Assembly (NCBI GenBank): GCA_048213135.1
Contig: PS015219.1
Coordinates: 84,225 to 148,224, forward strand
Origin: Reclinomonas americana ATCC 50394
Lineage: Eukaryota
DNA: 64,000 nucleotides
Direction of reading: 5' to 3'
Every line of letters begins with the position of its first letter. The first letter of the stretch is position 1. Positions 62,482-64,000 of this stretch are shown here, piece by piece. The notes below the pieces were generated by a model, which saw only the letters and a list, made by a program, of their open reading frames with translations, did not search any database and was not told the DNA's origin. A program made the position numbers and the translations under genes.

Positions 62482-63697
62482 ATGTCACATCAAGTGCAGC
62501 GCACAAAGCTGCAGGAGATCATGTCGAGCAAGGAGCAAGCAGAAGGTCTCTCTCTCTCACACTCTCTCCTTGGCCGCTGCGCACAGCTCGTTCTCACGTG
62601 TGAGCAGGGTGGGATGAGGCATGGCGCACGGGTGTCACTCCGTGGGAGACCAGTGAGGCGTGGTGCGCATTGTTCATCATCATCGTCCTCATCTTTGTTT
62701 CTTTGTGTTGACATCTCCCCTGCATGCAGTCCTCTGCTGCGACGACTGGTGGCCACCAACTGGTTTGCGCATCATCAGGCGCGACCGGATGGTGGACGCG
62801 CACTGGTCCCTGGAATGGTGCATCCTCCCCTCGTCGCGATCGATCGCTGTCTTCTTTTTGCTGANNNNNNNNNNNNNNNNNNNNCTACACTTGCACAGGG
62901 AACGGGATACGATTGCCACGCGCTCAAGGGCGCCTTCCGCACAGTGGTCGGGCTCGATCTGGTGGAGGTGGCCGTGGAGCGTGCCCGCAAGGTGCTCACT
63001 CTTTCTCTCTTCGTCTCTCTCTCTCTCTCTCTCTCTCATACACAATCGTCGCAGATCGCGGAGGAGCGCAAGGTGGAAGGCTGTGAGTTTATTGCCGCCG
63101 ACTTTTTCACTTACAAGCCCGACAAGCCGTACTCGTTCATCTTTGAGTTGCGTGTGCCGTGCTGCTGCTGCTCGTCTGCCGAGTGCCCGTCACTCACACG
63201 TTCTCCATCTCGTGGTCGCAGTTATGCGTTGCGTCTCTCCGCAAGACGAGAGCAGTGGTCGGTGTGGACATGCTGACCCCTTTCCCTGCCACGCAGCTTC
63301 CTGGCCGCACTGCCACCGTCCCTGCGACAGCCGTGGGCAGAGAAGGTCTGCCATTCCTTGCCGCCGTCTCTGCGACGTAGATTGTGACTGACAACCGTGC
63401 ATCAAAGATGAAGGAATTGTTGTGCCCGGGCGGCGAACTGCTGACGCTCATCTTCCCGCTGGGCACCTACGAGGGCGGCCCGCCATACGCCATGAGCTAC
63501 GAGCTGTTGCGTGAAGTTGTCCCCGAATACCAGTATCATTGGTGCAACGTCGCGCGACTTACACGTTTTTTCCGCGCAGTGTGCAAGGCTTGCTGCGGCC
63601 GCTCGGCTTTGAGAACATCTACGACGAACCAGTGGTGAAGGACTCGATCAAGCCACGCCGAGGCGCCGAGCGTGCCGTCGTATGGCGACGTCCATGA
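62482..63697 (+). CDS. Thiol/halide S-methyltransferase (TPMT/HOL1-like SAM-dependent methyltransferase)
   Basis: GWDEAWRTGVTPWE, RALVPGMGTGYD, ADFF, FIFDYAFLAALPP, PGGELLTLIFP and GGPPY. Confidence 0.9.
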
Positions 63698-64000
63698 AGT
63701 TAAAACAAAAAGTTCGGTTTTTCTTTCGTCCAAAAGTGCCGGCACGCGCTTATTGTTTTTGTGCTCCGATCGCGCAAGCCACCACCACCACCACCGCCAC
63801 TGCCAACTCCCGCGCACGCGACACTAGTGTGAGACACACACACAGAGAGAGAGAGAGTGAGACATGACGAGTCACCGCGACAGTGAGCCTGTGGTCACCG
63901 CACTGGCCTCGGACTCGCTCTACCACCAACTGCACATGCACCAAAAGCCTTCGATGATGGCGACAACGCAGCAGAGTGTGTCGGACGCTGTCAACAACGA

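Noticed and set aside
55810-62864. Composite transposon or invertible element with long terminal inverted repeats
   Set aside because: The repeats consist of ordinary host exons and introns, several ends abut N gaps, and no recombinase or transposase is present.
5553-63511. Non-GT (TT-starting) introns, reading G|TTGCGT as the boundary
   Set aside because: Shifting the donor by one base would require acceptors ending in variable AG+N. GT..AG boundaries keep frame in every case examined.
1-64000. Genome-wide stop codon reassignment
   Set aside because: In-frame stops in conserved genes are explained by introns, and TAA, TAG and TGA all serve as terminal stops. Only the SelS TGA has recoding evidence.
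63750-64000. Possible 3' end of a minus-strand gene at the window edge
   Set aside because: There is too little sequence to fix a frame or product.

Overview
Gene-dense, GC-rich eukaryotic (protist-like) draft scaffold with many N gaps. Genes are split by numerous short (mostly 55-90 nt) GT-AG introns with CTGAC/CTCAC/CTAAC branch-like motifs, so the ORF track is fragmentary. All models below are my manual splice reconstructions without transcript data. About 22 genes are supported: a long coiled-coil protein, GET4, a DIS3L2/Ssd1-like RNase II protein with a degenerate active site, a SUN-domain mucin-like protein, an orphan secreted protein, two orphan coiled-coil genes, a BTB-BACK protein, an acyl-protein thioesterase, a GH18-like protein, mucolipin/TRPML, a further coiled-coil protein, Vps18, TMEM260, an EBP-like protein, an unknown protein, selenoprotein S, an EngB GTPase, a mitochondrial carrier, a DEDDh exonuclease, an LRR-HlyIII/PAQR fusion, a Ubl-GAF-phosphodiesterase and a thiol/halide methyltransferase. 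The main findings are four. (1) An abundant second class of 5' splice sites in a +1-shifted register (GTTGCG, also GTTGAG/GTTACG/GTTTCG) occurs almost only when the exon does not end in G. (2) A selenoprotein S ends UGA-Gly-stop and has a GUGA-type SECIS candidate. (3) A 6-nt microexon restores a conserved motif. (4) The RNase II protein looks like an Ssd1-like pseudonuclease. A 1.66 kb inverted duplication inside the PDE gene is probably a mis-scaffolded allele.
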